From Octopus sinensis (Eukaryota): a DNA stretch of 64,000 nt. The stretch is taken from positions 149,420,001-149,484,000 of the forward strand of contig NC_042999.1 in the NCBI RefSeq assembly GCF_006345805.1, read 5' to 3'. Under the pieces are notes generated by a model. It saw nothing but the letters and a program-made list of their open reading frames with translations. It made no database searches and was not told the origin of the DNA. A program made the translations under genes and the position numbers. This document shows, piece after piece, positions 23,820 to 36,105 of this stretch (its first letter is position 1; every line of letters begins with the position of its first letter).

Positions 23820-24528
23820 TAGGTATACATAGCCAAGAGCAAAGCGGAGAAGAAGTTTGCCAATGTCCAGCAACATGAGGATGAAAGACCTGAGGTATTT
23901 CGGATCACAAGACAGTGTGTGAGAGTAAATTGTGATGTCACAGGAGAGAAATGTGTCCGAATGGATGATAGTGCACTTGCTTTTAATGATTCTGAAAAGA
24001 AAGAGGCTTGGAGAAGCCATTATGAAAGACAGCTGAATGTGGAGAATGAATGGGAGGAGGAGAGCCTTCCAAATGTTGACCCAGTAGAAGGACCAGCTAT
24101 CCATATAGACAGCTCCCTAGTAGATAAAGCAATTAAGGGTCTGTGTCGGTGGCACATAAAAAACACCATCCGAGCGTGGCCGTCTGCCAGCCTCGTCTGG
24201 CACCTGTGTCGGTGGCACATAAAAAACACCATCCGAGCGTGGCCGTCTGCCAGCCTCGTCTGGCACCTGTGTCGGTGGCACATAAAAAACACCATCCGAG
24301 CGTGGCCGTTTGTCAGCCTCGTCTGGCACCTGTGTCGGTGGCACATAAAATCACCCACTACACTCTCGGAGTGGTTGGCGTTAGGAAGGGCATCCAGCTG
24401 TAGAAACTCTGCCAGATCTGACTGGACTGGTGCAGCTTTCGGGCTCCCCAGACCCCAGTTGAACCGTCCAACCCATGCTAGCATGGAAAGCGGACGTTAA
24501 ATGATGATGATGATGATGATGATGATGA
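23820..24528 (+). mobile_element. Internally deleted RTE-LINE: pre-RT ORF2 segment fused to 3' UTR with 63-bp tandem repeats and (GAT)n tail
   Basis: EVFRITRQCVRVNCDVTGEKCVRMDDSALAFNDSEKKEAWRSHYERQLNVENEWEEESLPNVDPVEGPAIHIDSSLVDKAIK, then three near-identical 63-bp units from 24141. Confidence 0.85.
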
Positions 24529-26459
24529 TATATATATACATATTATATATAGTTATGGTATATTCTGTTAGGAATGTGGCAGAGTACAGTATAAAGCTCA
24601 TCTACCCTCAGAATTATCCAATATTATCCAGTAGCATTATTATATACTTTCAAGTTTATGTTTGGGCATTTGTTGTGTGTGAATATATCAGCAATCAGCT
24701 GGTACCAAAATAGCCATCCACTGCCATTCACAGTAGTTCGCCAAATACACTCTGGCAGTAAGCAACTTGTGTCTACCATCTGCTACTAAATGCAAACCAA
24801 GACAGATGGAGGGGATTGCCTTGATGTCAATTTTAAACTAATGGAGACAACACTAGAATATCACCTGAGGAAACACAACTAGATCTCATTATGCAAAAAA
24901 AAAAAACAGTTGCATAATCAAATACCTGTATTTTTGGAGAACAATGTTGTATGGAAATATTTGTAGTGATTAAAAAATAACTGTCCAATCGTACTCCTTG
25001 TTCACCCCAATTTCTTCAATTCACACAGAGGTGAGCACCTAAGTGCAAACAAGGTGGAAAAAACAGTACTTGAATACCAAAGATAGAGTAATATATTAAA
25101 GCAGCAAGATTATCACAGAACTGTTACTCAGAGTTTCATGTTCCTTACTTGTTTCAGTCATTAAACTCCAGCCATGCTGGAGCACCGCCTTGAAGAATTA
25201 CAGTCAAATGAATCAACCCCAGTACCTATGTTTTAAGCCTGACACTTATTTTATCAGTCAGTTTTGCTGAACTGCTAAGTTATGAGGATGTAAATACACC
25301 AACAACAGTTGTCAAGCAATGGTATGGGACAACACACACACAGACATATACACATACACAACAGGCTTCGTTCTACCAAATCCATTCACAAAGTCTTGGT
25401 TGCCTGAGACTATAGTAGAAGACACTTGCCCAAAGTGCCATGCAGTGGGATTGAACCCAGAACCATGTGTTTAGGAAGCAAACTTCTTACCACACAGCCA
25501 TGTCTGTTGCTACATATATATCAGTCCTACTGCATGACATGTTGGGTATCTCCTAAAGCTTTGAACTGACCAAAGCCTTGAGCTGACCATAGCCTTGAGA
25601 GTGGATCTGTTAGACAGAAAATGAAAGCCAACCATGTGTGTGTCTCTGTGTGTGTGTGTATGTGTGTGTACATGAGAAAAAGAGATTTTGTTTTCCACCT
25701 CATCTTTTTAGAAACATAGCCTCAGGTTGATCAAAGCCTTGTGAGTCGATTTTGTGTACAAACTGAAAGAAACCCATTGTGCATATACATGTGTGTGTGT
25801 CTTTCTGTCTGTGTTTGTCCCCCATCACTGCTTGACAACCAATGTTAGTTTGTTTACGTCCTTGTAAATTAGCAGTTCAGCCAAAAAGATCAGTAGAATA
25901 AATACCAGATGTAAAAAAATAAAAAAAGGTACCAGAGTCAGTTCATTCAACAAAAAATTGTTCAAGGCAGAGCCCCAGCATGGCCATAGTCTAATGACTG
26001 AAACAATGAAAAGATACACTGAAATTATTATTACATGATGCAGCCTGCAAAACAGCCATAAACCTAAAGAGATCAGGGGGTTAAATAGATATATTCGCCT
26101 TTCATACCTCCTAACCTCTTAAGCATCATCTTCAAATGTTGGGCCTCGTGGAGGCAATAAAAAGTGAATGAGACTTCTGGTAATATGCTGTACTTGAGAA
26201 AACCTGTCAAACCAAGTGAAAAGCACTGGTGATGGTGGTATGTGAAAAGCACTCTTTTACTTGTTTCAGTCATTTCACTGTGGCCATGCTGGAGCACTAC
26301 CTTTAGTTGAACAAATCGACCCCAAGACTTATTCTTTGTAAGCCTAGTATTTATTTCATCATTCTCTTTTGTTGAACTGCTAAATCACTGGGATATAAAG
26401 ACACCAACATTGGTTTGTCAAGCGATGGTAGGAGGACAAAGACACACTCACAAAAACAT

Positions 26460-26506
<47 letters not shown>

Positions 26507-27787
26507 AAAAATATAAAAATGGGACAAGAACACAAAATATCTAGACAGACGATACAAAGGAAACCAGGACAGATCATTCAGAGTTTTCTATCCTCAGTTG
26601 AGTTCCAGATTATCTTTGCAATTTCGGCTGGTTATACTCAAGATTGCTCCAATCTAGCCAGCCCCAAGGAAAAACTAAGCTAAGCTTGGAAGAAAGCAGC
26701 GAATGTATACAAAAACAAGGACAGACAAAAACAGAAATGTTACACAAATACAAATGCAATTAACAGGGCATAACAACAGGAGTCTTTCAACTAAGGACAA
26801 ATTAAATTAAGCCGGCATGTGTGGAAGTAAAGCCTTACAGCAGGGACATAAGATTTAACAGGCACAGGGAAGAATATAGATGTTGCATGGATGGTAGCTG
26901 AACCAAGAAAGAAAGGTCAGGCCTGGCGGAACACCAGTCATGTGGGGAGAGAAGAGAGAGAGGTAGAGGAAAAGGGATGGAAGAATTAAGGAGGGGCGAG
27001 AAAAAAATGTAAAAGACACAGTGAAGTAAAAGAGGAGGGAAAGTGAGCATGATGAGAAGACAAGGAAATGCGAGAGAAGGGGAGGGGGAACGAAAGAACA
27101 AAGAGTAGAATGAACGAATGGTGCACTGCCTTGTAGTACCTTTGTTTTTTGAAGTCTTGTACTTATTCTATTGGTCCTTTTCTTTGCTGTACTACTAAGG
27201 TATGAGGATGTCAAGTGGCAGTGGAGGAACAAATACACACACACACATTTGATAGGCTTCCACACAGTTTCCATCTACCAAATTCATTCACAAGGTATTA
27301 GGTAGCGCTAAGCTATAGTAGAAGACACTGCCATGCAGTAGGACTGAACCTGAAACCATATGGTTGCAAAGTGGTTTTTTAAAAACACAGCCATACTTGC
27401 ACCTCTGAAGATTTAATTTTATAAAATAACATTTTTCTTCGCTTTTTTTTAGTAAAAAATTTATATAAAAAAACTGATAAAATTTTGAATTAAAAAAAGT
27501 GATATTAGAGATAATTACTTCGTTTCAATTAAAACCTTCACAACAATTCCTTTGATTGACTGGTTTATTAGCTTCCATTAAACGCCTGGCTGAACGGTAC
27601 TATACATCTGTATTATATGAATTACTTTTTCATTTGATTTAGCTACACTAAATTATAACATCTGGCAATTAGTCATCCAAATCATTTGAGGTATGGGAGG
27701 GCTAATGCTTCACGCATGAGTGAATTAATGCAGTTGGATGATGGTGATGATGATGATGATTGTAGTGTTGTATGAGAATGACATTTA

Positions 27788-28255
27788 CTATATTTTCTGG
27801 CATACAAGTCAAATTTTTCAGACCCAAATTTTCTGCCAAAAGAAGGTAAGTTGACTTATGCACCAACATGTCTTTGGAGGACCAAGAATTCCATGTGAAA
27901 TGCAGCAGAATTTGGAAAACAAGAGTGATGATGTTTCAATGTTTACACTACGCCAATGGTTCTTAACTAGGGTCCATATAAGAATTTGGGAAGTACATGC
28001 AACAAAAAAGTAAATTGGGACTCCACAATAGTATTTTAAGGGCCCCTGAAAAAAAATGTTTTACATAGTTCAGCCATAGTTAATGGGTGAAAAACAAAAT
28101 AGGAATTTTGAAAGAAATTTCTATAAAACTAGATTTTAAACATTAAATGGCTATGAGGGCCCACCAGAATAAAATAGTAATCATGGATAAAAAAATTATT
28201 AAGAACCCCTGCACTACACAATATACTACTTTGACTTGTATGCCAGAAAATATGG
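27788..28255. mobile_element. Tc2/pogo-type MITE
   Basis: TIRs ctatattttctggcatacaagtcaa / ttgacttgtatgccagaaaatatgg flanked by TA. Confidence 0.8.
27954..28211. mobile_element. hAT-type MITE nested in the Tc2 MITE
   Basis: Ends caatggttcttaa / ttaagaacccctg; 8-bp TSD cactacgc / cactacac. Confidence 0.75.
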
Positions 28256-28668
28256 TAGTTCTTCATTGTTACTCTTTTACTCTTTTACTCTTTTACTTGT
28301 TTCAGCCATCCGGCTGAGGCCATGCTGGGGCACCGCCCTTGTTGCTACCCTCTCTAAGTCCAGTTTGCCGTGGCTGGCCACTGATCTAAGAGAGAGTTTG
28401 TAGCTGCTGCCCTTAGGTTACCTTCGTACCTTGCAGTGGGTTCATCTGGGATCCCGGAAAGCAGCTTGTCTAGATGTTTTTTGAATAATATAATGTTGTA
28501 TAATATTCTTATTTCTTTATTTCACTCACAAGGTATTATTTGGCTGGTATTAGTAGAAGACACTTGTCCAAGGATGCCATACAATGGGACTCAACCCAAA
28601 ATCATGTGGTTACAATGTAAACTTCATAATCACACCCCTGTGCTTGTGGCTAATATCTCAATTATTAA

Positions 28669-28888
28669 CCCTTTCGTTACCAACCCGGCTGAAACTGGCT
28701 CTGGCCCTGAGTACAAATGTCTTGTTTTCAAAAGTTTTGAATTAAAATCTTCCACCAAACCTTAGTCACAATTTATGATCCTAACACTAGCTTAATGACA
28801 ACTAAGGTATTTTACTAAATTCTTTGTAATATTTAAAGTAATTGAAAGAAACATGGAGCATCTCAAAATAAATACAGTAACGAGAGGG
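28669..28888. mobile_element. piggyBac-type MITE
   Basis: TTAA-ccctttcgttac ... gtaacgagaggg-TTAA. Confidence 0.85.
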
Positions 28889-29180
28889 TTAAACCAAGAA
28901 TTCTTTAAATGTTCCCAACTAGGACACACATTTTCTAAAACCCATCCAGGTATTAATTTCTGTAGTACTTATCCAACAGTTAATCAGTAATTGAAATTTA
29001 AAGTCACTTGTTTTTAAAGGCAACCTAGAACAAGTTACTCAGTGCATTTAGCCATCCAAACCCATCAATATTTTAAAGCCTTTTCTGCAATGTGTTGGAA
29101 TAGTCTGCCCATTTATAACTGGATTTACTATCAGTGAGGGTGGATGTGAATCAATTCTTGAATATGCATATTATCCCAAT

Positions 29181-29525
29181 GGAGGCACATGGCTCAGTGG
29201 TTAGAGCATCAAGCTTACGATCGTGAAGTTGTGAGTTTGATTCCCAGACCAGGCTGCATGTTGTGTTCTTGAGCAAGACACTTTATTTCACATTGATCCA
29301 GTTCACTCAGCTGTAGAAATGAGTTGCGAAGTCACTGATGCCAAACTGTATCGGTCTTTGCTTTCCCCTTGGATAACATCAGTAACATGGAGAGGGGAGG
29401 ATTGTAAGCATGGGCAGCTGCTGCTCTTCCATAAGAACAACTCTAGGTTGTGCATTCACTTTTGAGGTGACTTTCTGCCCAGAATTGTACCCTGGAGGGG
29501 AACTTCTTAGGTGCACCCATGGTCA
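29181..29525 (+). mobile_element. tRNA-derived SINE family D
   Basis: ggaggcacatggctcagtggttagagc A-box, gagtttgattccc B-box, gtgttcttgagcaagacacttt CORE-like block. Confidence 0.8.
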
Positions 29526-30489
29526 TCTGGAGTCAAGTTTTTTCTTTTTTTAAAAGCGAAGTTCCAAGCAGGAACTCTTTTTTTCTACTCACTACTGGCA
29601 GTGTGGTTAAGCAGTTTGTTTCCTGACCTCATTGTTTCAGGTTCTGCCTCATTGCATGGCACATTGGGCAAGTGTCTTCTATTATAGCCCCAGCTTAACC
29701 AAAGCTTTTTGGATGGATTTTGTACATGGAAATTGAATGAATCCTGTCATGTATATGTGTGTGTGCATGTGTGTGCTTATGTGAGTGCACTTGTGTGCAT
29801 GTGCATGTGTACACTCATGTGTATGTGTGTGTGTGTCCTTGTCTTGATATCACATGGTAATTGTCAATGAGCAGCACCATCATATAAGCAGAGAACTTCA
29901 TTGTCAACCTTTCATGAAAATACATTAAGCTATGAGGAAATATTTCCTCACTTGGAAATAGGTGTGGGTTAGTAACAGTAAAGGCATCCTACAATAGAAA
30001 AATCTACCTCACCAAATTCTACTCAACTCATACAAACATGGAAAAGTGGATGTTAAAACAATTGTGATGATGATGATGGTCATTGTGTTCTACCTTCAGA
30101 TCCTACACTAAACACTTTTCAATATTCCTTGTCCAGAACAGCAACCCTCAAGAATTTCTTAATCACTTTTTCTCTGTAACCAATAACCATCACTCACATC
30201 AATCTCATCAAACTCTGAAACACACAAAGGTCATAAGAACCATCCCTCCTCCTCCTCTGACTAGTCTGTCATCATCATCATTTCTACACCTTTTTCCATA
30301 CTGGTATTGGTCAGATAAGACATCTTGAGGCAATATTCTACCATACAACTGGAAGCTCTTCTTTATATCATCCCTTCTTCATTTTCCAGTTAAGTAGCTT
30401 AATTTTGCTACTCTTCATACCTTGAACAACTGAGCTACAGAAGATGTTTATATGGAACACAAACATCAAAACTGATCAAGTTTTAACTA

Positions 30490-30785
30490 GCACTCTGTCA
30501 GTTGTGGCAACCAGAGTTCCAGTTGATCTCATCAATGGAAAAGCCTGCTATTGAAATTAACATGCAAGTGGCTGAGCACTCCATAGACACATGTATCCTT
30601 AATGTAGTTCTCAGAGAGATTTAGCATGGCACAGAATGTGACAAGGCTGGTCCTTTGAAATACAGTTACAACTCATTTTTGCCAGCTGAGTGGACTGGAG
30701 CAATGTGAAATAAAGAGTCCTGCTCAAGGACACAACACACTGTTGGGTATTGAACTCACAACCCAACCAGTAGGCTACATGCCAT
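30490..30785 (-). mobile_element. tRNA-derived SINE family E (D-like head, different tail)
   Basis: Minus: gagttcaataccc, gtgtccttgagcaggactctttatttcacattgctccagtccactcagctg. Confidence 0.7.
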
Positions 30786-30958
30786 CACTGTCCAAGTAAT
30801 ATCAATGTGAAGACCCTTGGACACACACACACATGAAGGGCTTCTGTACAGTTTCTACCAACTAAATTTTACTCACAAGGTACTGACTAACCTAATGCGA
30901 CAGCAAAAGATACTTGTCCAAGATGCCACAAGGTGAAACTGAACTGAAAGCTATATAA

Positions 30959-31527
30959 TTCTTTTCTACTCTAGGCACAAGGCTTGAAATTTTTGGTGAG
31001 GGTGCTAGTCAATTAGATCGACACCACTATACAATTGGTACTTAATTTATTGACCCTGAAAGGATGAAAGGCAAAGTTGACCTTGGTGGAATTTGAACTC
31101 AGAACGCAAAGACCGATGAAATACCTATTTCTTTACTACCCACAAGGAGCTAAACACAGAGGGGACAAACAAGGACAGACACATGGAGTAAGTCAATTAT
31201 ATCGACAGGTACTTATTTAATCAACCCCGAAAGGATGAAAGGCAAAGTCGACCTCAGCAGAATTTGAACTCAGAACGTAACGGCAGATGAAATACCTATT
31301 TCTTTATTACCCACAAGGGGCTAAACACAGAGGGGACAAACAAGGACAGACATAGGTATTAAGTCGATTACATCGACCCCAGTGCGTAACTGGTACTTAA
31401 TTTATCGACCCCGAAAGGATGAAAGGCAAAGTCGACCTCGGCGGAATTTTAACTCACAACGTAACGCAGACGAAATACCGCTAAGCATTTCGCCATGTGT
31501 CCTAACGTTTCTGCCAACTCATCGTCT
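30959..31527 (-). mobile_element. Trimeric SINE family C
   Basis: Three central blocks; identical junction gaaatacc|tatttcttt at 31125/31126 and 31296/31297; a separate monomer follows at 31541-31740. Confidence 0.85.
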
Positions 31528-33974
31528 CGCAGGAACAATAATATTCTTTTCTACTCTAGGCACAAGGCCCGAAATTTTGGGGAGGGGGCCAGTCAATTAG
31601 ATCAACCCCAGTGCTTAATTGGTACTTAATTTATCAACCCCAAAAGAATGAAAGGCAAAGTCAACCTCAGCAGAATTTGAACTCAGAACGTAAAGAGAGA
31701 CGAAATACCACTAAGCATTTCACCCAGCATGCCAACGTTTAAGTACATAAAATATTACAAGTTCGTTCTGAATCTTATAAACAACAAAACAACCAAACAC
31801 TAATACCACTCACCACATCAGTTTGGAAGATCTGCCAAAGTTATAAATGTTGGGTTCTTTTCCCCAGATTTAATAAATTGCACACAAAGCACAGAGGTTA
31901 TGATGGGCTGGACAAGTCCACAATGATATCTGGCTTCTTTTGTCTCAATCCTTTATTATACCAGCCATAAATCCTATTTATTTGACTTATTTCTCTCTGA
32001 TATTGTTCTAAGCTAAACAGATAAGGAAAGAACTAAAAACACTATAGATATACAAATAAAATACCAAAAAAAAAAAGGAAAGAAAAACAAATACTTTAAC
32101 CAAGCAATATTATTTTGTTGGTTTGTAAAGAAATAATGAAGCAACGGTGATGAAATACTGTTACAGACAGTGTCTGGCCAAAGTTCAGTTGGAACAGCAA
32201 GTGATTAAATTATTCAAGCATTGATTTGTATACATACAAAGAGAAGTTGATAGGAAACATCCCTGCGAAAATAAAACTGATTTCGTTAAGTTGGAAAACA
32301 TTACACATGCTTTACATACCAGCAACTGTGAGATCACTGGCTGCAAACTTGTATAACAGCATTTTTTTAAAGGCTTAGAGAAAAGCTTACACAATAGCTT
32401 ACTATGATAATAGCAGTATTTCTGAAGAAAGACTGATGGATGTCAAAGCTGTTTGTAATGAGTGCTGACATATTACTATTATGTTTATGACTTGTGTGGT
32501 CTATTTACTTCATAGCTATATTTAGAAAGATCAGATCAGCTGCTATGAACACTATGATGGTAAGGGAAGTGGAAATGACTTTTACACAAAATGATTCTGT
32601 TTGTGAAGAAAATGTCATAAGCCTATCACAACAGCAAATGTCAAAAACTGCGACTTGTGAGTCTACGCAATGTTAAGCTTAATCTTAATCGATATCAAAT
32701 CATAAGGGTGCATACAGACATCTGGCTTTACTGACACAAAGATATGCAATTAAGAGAATGGGGACACACACAAACACACACACACATACACACAAACACA
32801 CACACACACAAGGATATGAAGACAGTACAAGATCTTTATAAAACAAAATCCTGACTATCTTAGCCATTGCATAAAAAAAATCCCCCGTTTTTATCTCATA
32901 CTGATTTATCATCATAACACTAATTACAACAATGAATGACCGGAGATGGGTGGAGGTTGCACATGACTACCACTACTACTACTGAAGGGATTTTTAAAAG
33001 TTCAAACTTTGACACATGTACAGTTAAATTTAGGATCCAAATACACAAAAAAGTAACCCCCAGTGGATTTGAAACAATGACTGATGAAATTGTAGTTGAA
33101 TCTTATTTCCATTCATTTCTTGAGCAAAACACTTCATTTCACACTGCCCCAGTTCACTCAGCTGATAAAAATGAGACATCCTGCAATGGACCAGTGTCCA
33201 GTCCAGGGAGGACTATATACACCAGAGAAACCAGGATATCAGCCCTATGCCCCTTACGGAGTAACATAGACTAACTACATTATCTAATATAGCCTTTCAC
33301 TACGACAATAAAGTGTAAATCTGAGGGAGATTTGGTTGCTATTTTAGCAAATTTAATGACCATATAGAAGCTACCTCTTTAGATGAACTCATTTTAAAGT
33401 TTATTCCTACACTGTCTTTATCTTAATATAAACTTCTGAAGCATTGAGAAAAAGGTTCAAGTTAGGGTGTAATATATAATGGATCATAATATTCATATCT
33501 GGTCATGATATGACAACCATGGCCAAGTCTATCATCATCATGAAAAGCCCATGTTCCATACTGGCATAGATCAGACAATTTGATAGTATCTGATGGACCC
33601 AAGGACTGCATTGTGCTCCTCAGTTTACCTTGACATGGTTTCTATGGTTGGGTGCCCTTCCTAATGCCAATCACTTTACAGCATGTACTGCTTTTTGGTG
33701 CAACCAGAACATTAATGAGTTTGCTATGCAGTTTGCAAGACTACAAATTCAGAAAGAAGTGGCATTATGCTAGGAGATGATGGGTTGAAAATGAGAGAAA
33801 GGGCCAAAGCAGAACAGGTTTCTTACTGTAGAGGGGCTACATTGTTACACACATTTTAGAAGAGAAGCTAAGGGTGATTAAAGGGGAATGGTGGGAAGAT
33901 AAAAATAGTGGTGATGAGATGTCTGTTTGTCTCCTCGGGCTACAAGGTGAGCAGAAGTGAATGGGGTGGGGTAG

Positions 33975-34138
33975 AAACAACTGTGGCTGGGTGGTAAGAA
34001 GCTTGCTTCCCAATCACGTGGTTCTGGATTCAGTTTGGCTGCATGGCACCTTGGGCTAGTGTCTTCTACTATAGCTCTGAGTGACCAAAGCACAGTGAGT
34101 GAATTTGGTAAATGGAAACTGAGAGAAGCACACCATGA

Positions 34139-34184
<46 letters not shown>

Positions 34185-34397
34185 CCTCCACCAGCACTTG
34201 ACAATCAGTGTTGATTTGTTTACATCCCTGTAACTTAACTGTTCAGCTCAACAACAGAGATAAAATAAGTACCATGCTTTTAAAAGAAAAACAGAAAAAT
34301 ACTGGGGTCAATTTGTTTGACTAAACCCTTTAAAGCGGTACCCCAGTATGGCCACAATTCAATGACTGAAACATGCAAAAGAATAAGGTAAAAGAAA
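33975..34397 (+). mobile_element. SINE family A with (TG)n core
   Basis: Matches the 4168-4560 consensus. Confidence 0.8.
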
Positions 34398-35869
34398 AGT
34401 CTCAAATTCCTATAAATATAATTTTATTTATTTACTTTTTTAGTCAGGTGGAAGGACAGTGCCGATGCCCTTTTCCAGGACCTCTAAGACCTCAAGGAGG
34501 AAGGTATCCTTAAACCAAAGACTTGGCCCAAATTCTTGCAGAGGTGACATGCCTCAAAACACCCAAAGATCAAGTGGTTGTGTTGAGCCAGACATCAGAT
34601 ACATTCTATCACCTAAGTTGGACATGCTGAGATTTGAACTCAGAATGCAAAGAACTAGAACAAATACCACAAGGTATCTGGTTTGACATTCATACAGCTC
34701 AACCAATCCACAGTCTTGGCTTGCTACTTTCGTGACGATCCCAGAGGGATTTGAACTCAGACCATAGACAGGCAGCACAAATACTGCAAGGTAGATTATA
34801 AATCACACCTACAACCTTGTTAATTTGCCACCTGTCTGTTTATCAATGGAAAACATACACATCTAATGAAAATTACAACAAAAATGTTGACAAAATGGTT
34901 AATTACAAGAATATTTAGTTGCAAGAAATATAATTTATTCATGCATTCATTAAAAACAAGGAAATGGACTCCATTTTAAAAATTGATTTCTCCCCAACCA
35001 CCACTGCTGCTACCACCACCATCATCATCATCACCACCACCACTACCACCACCACCACCACTTCTAACTCAGGCAAGCAATAATATGAAGTGAAGGTCAA
35101 ACTTAACTAGAGAACTCTTCAACTACTGAAAATTATGCATGAGTAAAGAATTTCTTTCCACTTTTACACACATTTTGTAAAAGAAGATTAAGAACTCAAG
35201 AAGATATGTTATCACCTAAGAATATTAGCAATTGCTGGACCGAAAACATCACCCAACAATAGAAGGAATTATCGGATTAAAAATAATAATACATTTACTT
35301 TTGTTTAGATGCCAGACACATTAAGTGTGGCAGGAAACTTGACAATACAATTAAGGTGAGAAATAGTTGGAGCTTTACACAAGTAAAAGAGCGGATATAA
35401 GTTTTAATCTGTGTCCAGCAATGGAACTGGTATTTGAAAACTGAAATCAGGAAAAAAAATAGGATACTAATAGAAAATGGTCATCATTGTTGTGCCTATT
35501 ATAAAGGTGGAGTCGTAATAGAATTCATAGAGAACCAAACAAAATGTTTTATTGTATTGAGTTACAGCTTTGTATGTTTGAAATTCTTAGCCTGATGAGT
35601 TTGATGTTAACATTGGATCTTAAAGGACCAATAAAAGAAATACCACAATTTGACTACACCCTCAGCTAAAACTTTTGGGCTTGTGATTATGAAAGAAATT
35701 GTTCTTGAGTCTATTATAAATAGGCAAAGTAAGGGAATTTCAATAAGAAAAATAGGAAAAGAATATAATGATAAAACAGAAGAAATACATGTAAGAAACA
35801 GGTTTTCCAATGTTTTATCAATGACTTTGCCAAAGTCTTATAAATGTCTTATCAATATCTTTCTCAATG

Positions 35870-36105
35870 TCCTACAGTGCCTTATCGATGTCTGTCAGTG
35901 CCACATGGAAGACTGTCAGTGCCTCATTGAAGTGTGACAGTGCCTCACCAAAGTCTGACAGTGCCTCATTGAAGTCTGACGGTGCCTCATTGAAGTCTGA
36001 CAGTGCCTCGTCAAAGTCTGTCAGTGCCTCATTGAAGTCTGACAGTGCCTTGTCAAAGTCTGTCAGCACCTTGTCAAAGTTAGACAGTACACTGTCAGTG
36101 CCTTT
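35870..36105. repeat. 21-bp minisatellite (cagtgcctcattgaagtctga)
   Basis: About ten tandem units, fading at both ends. Confidence 0.9.

Noticed and set aside
29181-29255. tRNA gene (also heads at 4168, 52835-52880, 60780-60855)
   Set aside because: A/B boxes continue into or abut repeat bodies; no intact cloverleaf or poly-T terminator
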